Source: Escherichia phage vB_EcoM_EC001
Sequence record: MN445185.1
Strand: one strand, 5' to 3'
DNA: 64,000 nt
Below the pieces are notes generated by a model that made no database searches, was not told the origin of the DNA, and saw only the letters and a list, made by a program, of their open reading frames with translations. Positions 44,049-53,643 of the stretch are shown here, one piece after another; the stretch's first letter is position 1, and each line of letters starts with the position of its first letter. A program made the translations under genes and the position numbers.

Positions 44049-44588
44049 ATGGCAGACCGCTATCAGCCCGACCTAACACTGAGTTCAAAAGCGCTAGTCT
44101 TAGCGCTTATCAATCATGACAATAATCTGTCACTTACTGATAAAGAGATTGTGATTAGGGATATTGATGCGAACGCTTCACCAGACATCATCCCGAAGAA
44201 CACACAGGCAAGCGTGGCCAAAGCACGTAAGCCAAATGGGAAAACCGTGACAGTCTATTATGACCGGTTAAGTGCGTCTACCGTGCTAGACAGTTTTCAG
44301 CCGCTATTGGTGTCCTTAGACGGAACCGAAACGGACATTCAGCAAATTGCCAGTGTGATTAACGGTTACTGCGGTACAAACTTGTCAGCAGCAGACTTAC
44401 AGTCTGCGCCAATCGTGGTCAGCGACGATTTTACCCTGGTGAATATCACTGGCGATTCCCCAGCATGGCTTGGGACATTTATCGCAACCCTGTTTACCAA
44501 AAATGAGTACGTTCTTTCAACTGACACTGACACGGTGCTGTGTCTGGATGAGAACACTGTGCTCGTACTGACTGACGAGGAAGAGTAA
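44049..44588 (+). CDS. outlying member of the N-module-A paralogue family (see 53644-64000)
   Basis: LVLALINHDNN ... TVTVYYDRLSASTVL matches the family N-module pattern. Confidence 0.55.
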   Translation: MADRYQPDLTLSSKALVLALINHDNNLSLTDKEIVIRDIDANASPDIIPKNTQASVAKARKPNGKTVTVYYDRLSASTVLDSFQPLLVSLDGTETDIQQIASVINGYCGTNLSAADLQSAPIVVSDDFTLVNITGDSPAWLGTFIATLFTKNEYVLSTDTDTVLCLDENTVLVLTDEEE

Positions 44589-45073
44589 TGGCCAGCCCAG
44601 TTAAAAAGCAAACATTTGAGAGCTTACCATTTTATACCGATATCACCAACGTGAAAGATGGGATGTTCTTGTTTATCAAAGATGGGAAAGCGTATCAGTA
44701 CCCGCTCGAGATGTTGGGTGTCCAGAAGGTTGCTCAGGGTGTCGTTATTCGTGATGCGGCGTATGAGTTGGAAGCGGCAGCAGCCACTGATTGGTACCTA
44801 GGACTGTCGCAACCGGAAACCGATCTCACTATTAAACCTGATGGAGTATTGGGGGCATTTCGGTACACGCTCAACCTGACTATTCTTCAGGGAACGGGAG
44901 CCAACAAAATTAACTGGCCTTCCAACGTGAAGTTCCCCCATGATGCATACCCGGTGCTGTCGTACCAGAAAGGGAAATCGGACATGATTACCCTGACTAC
45001 AATCGACGGCGGTTACACCTGGAAAGGTGGCGTTAGTGGAACAGGATATACAGAATGGGTAGAAACTCCTTAA
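44588..45073 (+). CDS. hypothetical protein, likely tail or fibre-associated
   Basis: 161-aa ORF between a family member and the 1005-aa protein. Confidence 0.5.
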   Translation: MASPVKKQTFESLPFYTDITNVKDGMFLFIKDGKAYQYPLEMLGVQKVAQGVVIRDAAYELEAAAATDWYLGLSQPETDLTIKPDGVLGAFRYTLNLTILQGTGANKINWPSNVKFPHDAYPVLSYQKGKSDMITLTTIDGGYTWKGGVSGTGYTEWVETP

Positions 45074-48072
45074 TCGCAGTACGGACAGGGATTAACAATG
45101 CCCTGTCGATGGCCTACGGTCATCAGGACTTCGTTCGTCGAAATACCGGCTTAACTAACGACGCCCACAATGACCATTATCTGATTAACCCAGAAGGGGT
45201 GCTATCTAATAACCGGCATTTCATTGCTGACTCCATGGCAGTGTATCAACCTAATGGTGACGCCACCACAGAAGGTCAATCGTTGCTGATTATTGGGTAT
45301 TGCCACATGTACATCGCTACCAAAAACCAGATGTGGTTAGATGCGGCGATTCGTGCATGGGAAGCGTACGCTACCTACTATTACGCAGGTCAGGCCATTC
45401 CTGAGTCACCGCAACGTTGGATTTGTAACTGGCTAGTTAACGGTAAAGAACCGGTGCTGTCAGACTATCCAGTGCATCCGTCCGAGCCAACCCACGGTGG
45501 TTACAAGTGTGTACCGGTGACGTTTACGAACGGGCGTTGCCAGATACCCCAAGGCGCACCATTCTTTGGTGAATATCTGAACAATTTCTTTTCTGCGCAT
45601 CGTGGCCATCCTACTTGGGGTGCGGTTAATGCCGACGTACAGAAAATTAAGGAATCGGAAGACGGGTTAATTGACTGGTCTAAAGTCCCTGATTACTTAA
45701 TCGTCAATCCAGAGAAACCTTACGATGTAAAAGCGTGGGTGGACTGGAACACGATGCTAAACGACCCAACCGGATATACACCAATGTGGGGCGGTTCTAC
45801 CTCGAAAGGTCCGTTGTACGAGCCTGACTGGTTTGTTGTGTGGACAGGTGAGAAGGTTCAGGATGGCGAGGTCATTGAATCTGGGTTGCCTGATGCCCAG
45901 AAAGGAACCGTACAATTAAAGGACACCAGTATCAACGGTGTGTATTTGATTAACTACGCTTCCCAGGTGCCAGTAGAGCACGGCGGGTATTTGTTTGGCC
46001 GTAATGAGCCATGGCACAACCGTCCTGTGCACACACCGTTAAAAGGCTCTGTCAACCAAATGGGTAACGCGGCAGATGCGGAAGTGTGGTTTATTGATGC
46101 CTGTTATCTGCTCTGGCGTATCACAGGTGAACCGCGCTATAAAGCCGCACTAGACTCTGTGTTCTATACAGCGCATGAATACACGTATATCGATGCGAAG
46201 GACAAGTTTTTCCGACGTTCTAAGCTAGCCGAAACACCATTTACAGATGGTATCTCGTACGACTATAAATACCCCAGCACTGTTGAGGTCGCTTACAGTC
46301 GTGATGAAAATGGTGATATTGTGTTCCGTTCTGAGAAAGCTGTGCAGAACTTTATGGAACAGCAAGCCGTGCGTTTCAGGATAAACAGTCAATCGAAGTT
46401 ACGTGTGACGTATGGCGGTGTTTGCGACAACGGTGATGCGCTTGCGTGTAAAGTGATGGTGGATATCAACCCCGTTAAAGCGGATACTGAAGAAGTAAAC
46501 TGGTACGGCTGTACGCTTCCAGGATCAACATCGATGGAAGTAAAACAGCATGACATCGGTTTAGGGCATCTGGCCAGAATGACTAATCCGGCCAACGGCG
46601 AAGATTACATCATTGCCGATGCGCGAGCATGTTCAGATTACGGTGGGTGTACGTGGCAGGAGAAGTTTGAGAGCAACATCTACGATGGTCGTTCAGGCAC
46701 AATCGTAGAAGCGTTATTCCCGAACGACGATGCGGGTTTCATTATCGGTTTCTGGTTAACCGATGCCGGTGTTGCACCCCCACAGTCAATTGTCTATCGT
46801 GCCGATGGTGATTTCAACTTCCGTTTCGAAGATACCGACAAGTGGCGTTGGTGGTGGATGTTGCCCGCGACTAACGGGGAATGGAAACAGGTTATTATTC
46901 GCCCTGAAGACGCAACACTCTCGGGCTATCAACCCGACCACGATACCGACGTCGAACCAAAACCGGCTGCGCCAAACTATACAACTATCGATCGGGTAAC
47001 CATACTGCCCGATTCGGCTGTGGAGAATGCGCACTTTAGCTGGTATTGCGTAAACGATGTTCCGCCACTGTTTAATGGAGACGATGGTTGGACGTTAACG
47101 TTCCGTATTGTAATTCGGGGAGGTTCTGCATTTACGGGTAAAGTGGGCGATTGTACGATAAAAGATTACCGTCTTGACTCGCTCGCGTATTGTCCAGGAA
47201 CGATACCGTTCTCGAACATTTATTCGGAAGGAACGTATCAGCTAGGTGCATGGCACGGGATGCCGTATCCTGGCTATCAGTATCCGTTTATGTACACCAT
47301 ACACACCGATGATCGCTACAAAGTCTGGCTCTTAAATCAGATTCGGTTTATGCACGATTCACAAACCAACTACCAGGCGCAGCTAGGTGAGTTAGGTCCA
47401 GGTTGTGCGGCGTATATTTGGAACCGTTGGGATAACTACTCTTACGGCCCGGCAGATACGTGGACAACGTTCCATTGGGGAGATGGACATCCGTGGGCAG
47501 GTTATCAGCCGCGCGCGTATAACGCCGCTGCGCGTTGTTGGTACGAATTAGTTGTGCGTGGTAAAGAGGTTCCACCTGAGCTAGTAGTGTACGTTGAAAA
47601 TTGGGCTAAGTGGCTCGTAGGGTTCTTAGACCGCTTTGACAACCACACTCCGAATGAATTCCCTACAGCACCAAATAAACCGGTATGGGTAGAGAACGAT
47701 TTCACAGCACATATGTGTGCGCTCTGGATAGCAGGCAGCGCTTATGCGGCAATGGCTGGCTGTACAGTGGAAGGGTTGAGCCGTATTATGGATATGGGGA
47801 TGAAAGAGATGGGTGACAACTTCACCGTCACAGACATTCCAGGAAAAGCCATTAACGGTGCCTGGTCTCCGTGGGCAAACCCTACCACGGATAACGGTCA
47901 GGCTTTTGGGTTTTATACTGGAGAAGCGATGCGTGCAATCGGGTTGTATCTCCTCTATAAAGAACACGGCCCAGGACATGATATTTATCGTGACTTGGCA
48001 ATACCCGACCACACAACAGCTTCACTCGATATAACGTTTACTATCCCAGACGATCCGCTCGAAACTAATTAA
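45055..48072 (+). CDS. large Trp/Tyr-rich protein (1005 aa); tailspike or carbohydrate-active enzyme candidate
   Basis: long ORF rich in aromatic residues; no nucleotide-binding motifs. Confidence 0.5.
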   Translation: MGRNSLIAVRTGINNALSMAYGHQDFVRRNTGLTNDAHNDHYLINPEGVLSNNRHFIADSMAVYQPNGDATTEGQSLLIIGYCHMYIATKNQMWLDAAIRAWEAYATYYYAGQAIPESPQRWICNWLVNGKEPVLSDYPVHPSEPTHGGYKCVPVTFTNGRCQIPQGAPFFGEYLNNFFSAHRGHPTWGAVNADVQKIKESEDGLIDWSKVPDYLIVNPEKPYDVKAWVDWNTMLNDPTGYTPMWGGSTSKGPLYEPDWFVVWTGEKVQDGEVIESGLPDAQKGTVQLKDTSINGVYLINYASQVPVEHGGYLFGRNEPWHNRPVHTPLKGSVNQMGNAADAEVWFIDACYLLWRITGEPRYKAALDSVFYTAHEYTYIDAKDKFFRRSKLAETPFTDGISYDYKYPSTVEVAYSRDENGDIVFRSEKAVQNFMEQQAVRFRINSQSKLRVTYGGVCDNGDALACKVMVDINPVKADTEEVNWYGCTLPGSTSMEVKQHDIGLGHLARMTNPANGEDYIIADARACSDYGGCTWQEKFESNIYDGRSGTIVEALFPNDDAGFIIGFWLTDAGVAPPQSIVYRADGDFNFRFEDTDKWRWWWMLPATNGEWKQVIIRPEDATLSGYQPDHDTDVEPKPAAPNYTTIDRVTILPDSAVENAHFSWYCVNDVPPLFNGDDGWTLTFRIVIRGGSAFTGKVGDCTIKDYRLDSLAYCPGTIPFSNIYSEGTYQLGAWHGMPYPGYQYPFMYTIHTDDRYKVWLLNQIRFMHDSQTNYQAQLGELGPGCAAYIWNRWDNYSYGPADTWTTFHWGDGHPWAGYQPRAYNAAARCWYELVVRGKEVPPELVVYVENWAKWLVGFLDRFDNHTPNEFPTAPNKPVWVENDFTAHMCALWIAGSAYAAMAGCTVEGLSRIMDMGMKEMGDNFTVTDIPGKAINGAWSPWANPTTDNGQAFGFYTGEAMRAIGLYLLYKEHGPGHDIYRDLAIPDHTTASLDITFTIPDDPLETN

Positions 48073-48077
48073 GTGTA

Positions 48078-48118
48078 TACCAGCTATCCTTCGGGGTGGC
48101 TGGTACGCTTTATTTTAT
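48078..48118 (+). terminator. rho-independent terminator (UUCG loop)
   Basis: TACCAGC...GCTGGTA stem with inner TTCG then CGCTTTATTTTATTT. Confidence 0.75.
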
Positions 48119-48146
48119 TTCAGATAGATGTTATCTCAGTGAACCT
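48119..48146 (+). promoter_or_regulatory. conserved promoter-like element, variant B
   Basis: TTCAGATAGATGTTATCTCAGTGAACC. Confidence 0.5.
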
Positions 48147-48199
48147 CTGAAATTTACGTTTCAATCAGAGCTTATGTCATGTATTAAGGAGCACTTAAA

Positions 48200-48532
48200 A
48201 TGTCTAAAGTCTATCACATTGCGGTATTGCGTCAGGCAACTGACCTTGAAAGCGACCGTGAACTTCGAATGCAGGAAGCCATTCTGAGCACTGTTAAAGA
48301 ACTTAACCAAGCAAACAATTTCGATGCACGCTTCGAAGCGTTACCAGTAAGCCGCAGTGCTTTCTACGGCAGTCAAATACTGGCAACCCAGTATGCGATG
48401 GCTTTAAGTGACTTGCGCAATAACCCTAGCCCAGAGACCGCGGCGAAGATGAACAAACTGTCGCTATGGATGAATAACCTGGATGTCCCCGCAGCATCCA
48501 CTGTAAGCGGTTTGGGGGTGGTCAATGGGTAG
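48200..48532 (+). CDS. hypothetical protein
   Basis: AAGGAG ribosome-binding site; 110 aa. Confidence 0.55.
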   Translation: MSKVYHIAVLRQATDLESDRELRMQEAILSTVKELNQANNFDARFEALPVSRSAFYGSQILATQYAMALSDLRNNPSPETAAKMNKLSLWMNNLDVPAASTVSGLGVVNG

Positions 48533-48860
48533 AGTAATCCGTGTTGCCAGACCAATGCGTCTCAATAGGACACCAATGATAAATCGTGATATCGGTGAAG
48601 CTGTAAAACAGTTGTCGAATATCGACGGTTACACCTTTAAAGTGATAACACTGTACGACTACCCAGAAGGCAAAGTTCCGCAAGAGGCGCTGGATAAATT
48701 CGTTAATGTATTAGACGATTGCCTTAAGAGCCCAACGGACGTAAATCTTATCAAACTAAACACCATGTCCCTTGAACTGTACCGGCTGCGTAAAATGGGC
48801 ATTCATGCTCGCATCGGTAAAGGTGACCAAACGTTGGCCGAATACTGGGCTAAACAATAA
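48525..48860 (+). CDS. hypothetical protein
   Basis: 111-aa ORF overlapping upstream stop. Confidence 0.5.
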   Translation: MGRVIRVARPMRLNRTPMINRDIGEAVKQLSNIDGYTFKVITLYDYPEGKVPQEALDKFVNVLDDCLKSPTDVNLIKLNTMSLELYRLRKMGIHARIGKGDQTLAEYWAKQ

Positions 48861-48887
48861 GCTATTTTAAATCCTAAGGAGCATTAA

Positions 48888-49406
48888 GTGAATATTATCA
48901 TGAACCTGTATACCAAACGGGAACGTAACGTTTTAGAATCTGGCGTTGCCCCGGAAGTATTGGCTGCGGGGGATATTAGTATCGACCCATTGAAAGTGAA
49001 AGTCGCAGAACTGTTCCCTCGCGACGAATGGGACATCTGGTATTTCCGTTGTTCGTCGGTATTGAATGCAATCAAACAACTGTCTGATTATCAACCTGGT
49101 CCGTATATCGGTACTTGGCACTGGTACGTTCCACGCACACCAAACTTCCTTTACCTGCACGACGATGATAAACGTACTCATATTCGCACTGTAGCGACGC
49201 CTGCGCGTTTGGAGCGTTATCTGGAGCTAATCCACGACCGGCCTCGTAACGAGCTGCAAAGCATCGTAGAGGTGCTCAGACAGGTACCTTTAGACGGTAT
49301 CCTGGAACTGGACATGAAAATCGCCGATCGTCCGAGACATTACTGGGAATTTTCCTGGGTAGACGCGAAGTACGAAAACCATAACGTTATCTATCTGAAG
49401 CGTTAA
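48888..49406 (+). CDS. hypothetical protein
   Basis: AAGGAG 6 nt upstream of GTG 48888. Confidence 0.5.
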   Translation: MNIIMNLYTKRERNVLESGVAPEVLAAGDISIDPLKVKVAELFPRDEWDIWYFRCSSVLNAIKQLSDYQPGPYIGTWHWYVPRTPNFLYLHDDDKRTHIRTVATPARLERYLELIHDRPRNELQSIVEVLRQVPLDGILELDMKIADRPRHYWEFSWVDAKYENHNVIYLKR

Positions 49407-49416
49407 GGGGGACAGG

Positions 49417-49737
49417 ATGTTGAACCGGTTACTTGCGCTGATTAACAAGCGACAAAAACAACTGTACGAAGAAAATCGAGAATTAGCTGCCGCTATCCGT
49501 CGTGTACAGGCCGATAACTTGCAGTTAAGACACGACCTCGCGAAACTAGGTGTTAACGCGAGTAGGCTTTGCACGCACATTAGCCGCTGCCACGATATCA
49601 TCGAACGTATTGGACACTACCATCTTACGTCTCCTGCGCGTCGCGTCTATGACGCGGCCGTCCAGGGATTAAAAGATACCAGGAATGCGTACGACGAGAT
49701 GTTAGAAGAGTTTAGCAAACGTGAGGATAAATACTAA
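49417..49737 (+). CDS. hypothetical protein
   Basis: GGGGGA ribosome-binding site; 106 aa. Confidence 0.5.
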   Translation: MLNRLLALINKRQKQLYEENRELAAAIRRVQADNLQLRHDLAKLGVNASRLCTHISRCHDIIERIGHYHLTSPARRVYDAAVQGLKDTRNAYDEMLEEFSKREDKY

Positions 49738-50120
49738 TGGAAATGCCAACGAACACCGACTTAGCACTGGCAATCGAACACATGAAAAACCATCAGCTGA
49801 CGTTACTGAATGCAGGCACAGAAGGGCAACGTCAAGGGTATGCGCTCGTTGCAAAAGCAGCGTTAGAACTTAACAAGATTCTACTCGCTAAACTTTACGG
49901 GCTGGAAAACAGCGTGCTCCATGCGTCGCACCTGGGCGAAGCCAGCGAGTTAGTTACGAATGTGCGGCTGTATGCAAGTCGTGAAATGGAACGTTTAACC
50001 AACGAATGGAATGTCCAGTGTAACGGCGAGCGTGCTGATAAAGATCCGCGTAAAGTCGCACTGACGCCGGGCGTGTACATCAAAGACGGCACCATTGACG
50101 AATACAGCGGATTTAACTGA
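49737..50120 (+). CDS. hypothetical protein
   Basis: 127-aa ORF, overlaps upstream stop. Confidence 0.5.
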   Translation: MEMPTNTDLALAIEHMKNHQLTLLNAGTEGQRQGYALVAKAALELNKILLAKLYGLENSVLHASHLGEASELVTNVRLYASREMERLTNEWNVQCNGERADKDPRKVALTPGVYIKDGTIDEYSGFN

Positions 50121-50143
50121 TCGGCGGATAAGGGTGATTGTGA

Positions 50144-50569
50144 ATGGTAACCATAGACGTAGCTATCTCTATCGAGCTTCAACGCATCGGTGTAGGTACA
50201 CTAAAACTTCGTTATCGTGATTTACCGCATTACAACAAGATGTTTGATGTTGGGGTGATAAAGTTTTATAACCGGTACGGGCCAAGAGAACTATGTCTAT
50301 GGTTTGTCGAGTTAGCGATAACTTATGGCGAGTTTTATCATCCTAATGTACCGCATGTCGAACATGTGTCAAGAGGGCACCTGGAAACTTCCAGAGAGTT
50401 CTATCAGCGATTGTATGGCGCGATGGAGGAGTCCGCACCCATCGACTACGACGTACCACCTGAACTGTTATTAATCGACCATGAAGGAGAAGCCGGTGTC
50501 TATTTCATTACGGGGACTGACTATTCACGAGATTCAGAAATATTTACTCGAGGGCGGGAAACTGACTGA
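50144..50569 (+). CDS. hypothetical protein
   Basis: 141-aa ORF. Confidence 0.5.
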   Translation: MVTIDVAISIELQRIGVGTLKLRYRDLPHYNKMFDVGVIKFYNRYGPRELCLWFVELAITYGEFYHPNVPHVEHVSRGHLETSREFYQRLYGAMEESAPIDYDVPPELLLIDHEGEAGVYFITGTDYSRDSEIFTRGRETD

Positions 50570-50801
50570 CGACTATCAAACCGCAGATATGTTGCTACAG
50601 TCATTTGTACCGTTACGTGCTGAGTATTACGAAATCGCGTTCCTGGGCGATGAATATTGTGTCCGCACGCAAGGGCGTGAATACGAAGCAGTACGCGTTC
50701 CACGCACACTCGGTGGGGTGATGATGCTCATCGCTAATATCGAAGCACTCAATGCGAAATGTGCGTTATACATCGCACAGGGAGGCCGCAATGGATTTTA
50801 A
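50496..50801 (+). CDS. hypothetical protein (start uncertain)
   Basis: AAGGAG 6 nt upstream of in-frame GTG 50496; overlaps upstream gene by about 74 nt. Confidence 0.4.
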   Translation: MSISLRGLTIHEIQKYLLEGGKLTDDYQTADMLLQSFVPLRAEYYEIAFLGDEYCVRTQGREYEAVRVPRTLGGVMMLIANIEALNAKCALYIAQGGRNGF

Positions 50802-50866
50802 GTGGGAAGTGTTATCGTTAGCAGAAGTTCGTAACAGAATCGATAGAGCTATTGCAAGGAGAAAAC

Positions 50867-51268
50867 ATGTTCGGCCTGTTTCAGGAGAAAAAACAGTTGC
50901 GTCGCCAATTAGAAATACTGGAATTGGAACTCAGCCTATCAAAGACTGAGTTGGAAATTTCGAAAGAAGCGTGGAAAAGAAATCTTGATGAATCTTTCGA
51001 AGAACGCCGTAAGCTTACACGACTACTTTCTGAGGAACAGTCTAAGAACCGGAAACTCGAAGATGAGCTACGAGATGCCCGACGAGATGCGGATCTGCGT
51101 GACAAGATGTTAGGACGGAACCTGGGTGCCCTAATCTATTTCATAGAGCAACGTTGGGAACCAAAAACACTCCTTGAGTTGCTCTATGAAAAACTCTCCT
51201 GTGTAGGTAAACGTTCTGCGGCCATCGAGTATTTCCGTAGTCACGGTTTCGAGGTAAAAGATGAGTAA
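50867..51268 (+). CDS. coiled-coil protein
   Basis: AGGAGAAAAC then ATG; heptad-like charged sequence ELELSLSKTELEISKEAWKRNLDES. Confidence 0.5.
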   Translation: MFGLFQEKKQLRRQLEILELELSLSKTELEISKEAWKRNLDESFEERRKLTRLLSEEQSKNRKLEDELRDARRDADLRDKMLGRNLGALIYFIEQRWEPKTLLELLYEKLSCVGKRSAAIEYFRSHGFEVKDE

Positions 51269-51346
51269 ATTAGAGGTTGGCAGGCTGTTCGTTAATCCTT
51301 AAAAAACAACAGTTTCAAATTAGTTACGACCATAAGGAGTATTAAA

Positions 51347-52150
51347 ATGTTAAAGCCACGCAAACAGAAAAGATTACAGTTTGTCAAAATAGTACATCCA
51401 CAGTCCCGTCGTGTTACAGGTGGACGTCTCTACGTGGGTAAACACCGTAGTCGTCTTATCACCTGGTCGGCAATGGCCAACGTAGCCACCCAACTCCAGG
51501 CAATGGTTGAAGACCGTTGCCAGTTAAAAGGGGATTTCTTTCAAGAGAAGAAACCCTATCGTGATATCTTCCGTACACTAAAAGCGTGCTGGGTACTCAG
51601 CTGGGTGCCTGGCCGCGAACAACTTTATTTTCTGCGTAAGTTCCCACGCCCTATGCCGAAGGAAAACATTAGCGTTTTCTTAGACAAACTAAAACGCTTT
51701 AATGACATCGGCATAAACGCTAATAAAGAGCAGGTTTCTGCTACAGTAGCAGCCCGAAAACACTTACGCGATTATGTGGCCGATCGAGATGTTGAGTTCG
51801 CTTATATGACGCCGACTGTACCGCTGCTAAACGGTGATGCATCGAAAGCGAAGATGGAAGAGATCGCGTTGAAGTTTCCTAACATCAGACACATCGCACC
51901 AGACGCGGTACTACAGCTGAACACTGAAGGCTGCACGCGTTTACCGACAGTCTCTGACACGGTGTTAGTATCAACACCTGATGTTCCTGATGGAAAGTCG
52001 TTCCTTGAAATGATAAAGAAACGTACAGAGGGTGGATATCAACCGATCTTTCTGGATTCCCTTTCACAACATCCTGAAGTAGAACAAGAATTTAACATGA
52101 ACACTAACAGCCCTTACGACTCCCTATACAAGGACGATAATGATGCTTAA
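51347..52150 (+). CDS. hypothetical protein
   Basis: AAGGAG ribosome-binding site; 267 aa. Confidence 0.55.
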   Translation: MLKPRKQKRLQFVKIVHPQSRRVTGGRLYVGKHRSRLITWSAMANVATQLQAMVEDRCQLKGDFFQEKKPYRDIFRTLKACWVLSWVPGREQLYFLRKFPRPMPKENISVFLDKLKRFNDIGINANKEQVSATVAARKHLRDYVADRDVEFAYMTPTVPLLNGDASKAKMEEIALKFPNIRHIAPDAVLQLNTEGCTRLPTVSDTVLVSTPDVPDGKSFLEMIKKRTEGGYQPIFLDSLSQHPEVEQEFNMNTNSPYDSLYKDDNDA

Positions 52151-52532
52151 GCCTAAGAAACGTAAAGATGGTGCGGTCATTTTCTCTCCGAGAATCGCTG
52201 TAGCAGTTGGTAAGAAATTACTGGTCCAGGACGGTAAGTGGGTCAGTGACGGATTCAGTCAGTACACCTCGCTATGCATCTCTTCCGAGATGAATCAGAT
52301 GCACGGGAAGAAAGTACGTGACCGACGATCTCAGATGCCAAAAGTTATCCGTGTTGTGGCCGGCTGGTATAAGCGATACATGAAAAAGAACTTCCCACAC
52401 GCAGCGCCGCCGTTTGAAGAAGGGTCTTTTGTTCGTACAGAACCCACCGAAGCGGGTGGCGAATTACCGGTGCGTACCGGCACGGCGTATTCGACGCTGA
52501 CTTCCTTGTGTCGTCAGTCGTACGAAAAGTAG
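52140..52532 (+). CDS. hypothetical basic protein
   Basis: 130-aa ORF. Confidence 0.5.
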   Translation: MMLKPKKRKDGAVIFSPRIAVAVGKKLLVQDGKWVSDGFSQYTSLCISSEMNQMHGKKVRDRRSQMPKVIRVVAGWYKRYMKKNFPHAAPPFEEGSFVRTEPTEAGGELPVRTGTAYSTLTSLCRQSYEK

Positions 52533-52604
52533 AAGGCGTTGAAGGACACTCTACTCCACATCAACTAGGATGACGCTTATCCCAAGGGTAGCGAATAAAG
52601 CAGT

Positions 52605-52641
52605 ACCCTACTCCTTCGGGAGTAGGGTTTCTTCTTTTTTG
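52605..52641 (+). terminator. rho-independent terminator (UUCG loop)
   Basis: ACCCTACTCC-TTCG-GGAGTAGGGT then T-run. Confidence 0.85.
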
Positions 52642-52660
52642 CCTAGTCCGATTACAATTA

Positions 52661-52690
52661 TTTTCAGATATATATTACTTAGGTGAGAGT
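52661..52690 (+). promoter_or_regulatory. conserved promoter-like element, variant A
   Basis: TTTTCAGATATATATTACTTAGGTGAGAG with conserved leader AATCGACCATTATCTTAAGGAG. Confidence 0.55.
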
Positions 52691-52738
52691 TAACAATTAA
52701 CTCTTATCTAATCGACCATTATCTTAAGGAGTTTTAAC

Positions 52739-53185
52739 ATGTACATTCTGAATAACGAACTTACTAAATACGCTAGCAAAAACCCGATTATGGTTTCTTT
52801 CCTAATCGTGATGGCGGCCAACAAACAAGACCCTAGCGAATTCACTACTGAGGACTTCGAAGAGATTATCGCCAACGCCAAAGAAGCCACGTTCCAGACT
52901 ACGGAACCCACACGTGACGAGTTCCCTCTAGGTGAAGCCGGTGACGTAATGTTTAACGACATGGTTGCTTCGTATTACATCAGTAGACGTGGTATGGAAA
53001 TCGAATACGACGAACTTCCTACTAGCAGCTTTGCTGAAATGATTCGTGATTATCGTCGTCAAGTTGTCTCTGACGATGTTGTAAAGAAATACATGGCACA
53101 AATCAGTCCATTCAGTCTTGAATTCGAAAACCGCGCGGTTGCCTTAGCGACGCATCGCCTGCGTTTAGAAAAAGAAGTACACTAA
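52739..53185 (+). CDS. hypothetical acidic protein
   Basis: first gene after promoter-like element; 148 aa. Confidence 0.55.
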   Translation: MYILNNELTKYASKNPIMVSFLIVMAANKQDPSEFTTEDFEEIIANAKEATFQTTEPTRDEFPLGEAGDVMFNDMVASYYISRRGMEIEYDELPTSSFAEMIRDYRRQVVSDDVVKKYMAQISPFSLEFENRAVALATHRLRLEKEVH

Positions 53186-53246
53186 TAATAACCCGGCGGG
53201 CAAAGTCCCGCCAATTCACCCGCAATCTACAAAAAAGGAATATCCC

Positions 53247-53465
53247 ATGCGCAACCTGTTCTCCAAATCTGAAATCAAACCTGTTGTTGAAACCGCAGCC
53301 AAACGTAAGCCCGACATGATTGACCTGCTGCTGAAAATGTCTGCAGCAGAAGCCAAAGCTTTCATGAATACAATGAAAGACGACGAAAAAAAGATTGACA
53401 ATGTTGAAGTAACCTATGGTGTTAAAGACCGCCCAAAGAATAACGACCTTGTGTGGGTCTGTTAA
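53247..53465 (+). CDS. small (72 aa) protein with codon usage of a very highly expressed gene
   Basis: AAAGGAA ribosome-binding site; near-exclusive optimal codons; followed by strong terminator. Confidence 0.55.
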   Translation: MRNLFSKSEIKPVVETAAKRKPDMIDLLLKMSAAEAKAFMNTMKDDEKKIDNVEVTYGVKDRPKNNDLVWVC

Positions 53466-53497
53466 TCGACGATTGAGGATATAGTCGTGAAGAAAAG

Positions 53498-53524
53498 GGA
53501 GCTTCGGCTCCCCTTCTTTTTTTG
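53498..53524 (+). terminator. rho-independent terminator (UUCG loop)
   Basis: GGGAGC-TTCG-GCTCCC then CTTCTTTTTTTG. Confidence 0.85.
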
Positions 53525-53643
53525 TTTCCTTTTCTTTTTTGTTTGCTCTTGTTCAGATTCTGGTACGCGCTACGCTTTTAATATGCTGGCAGGAGGTCTA
53601 AAAATCTTACGACCTCAATAATCCCTTAACTCGAGTTAACGCG

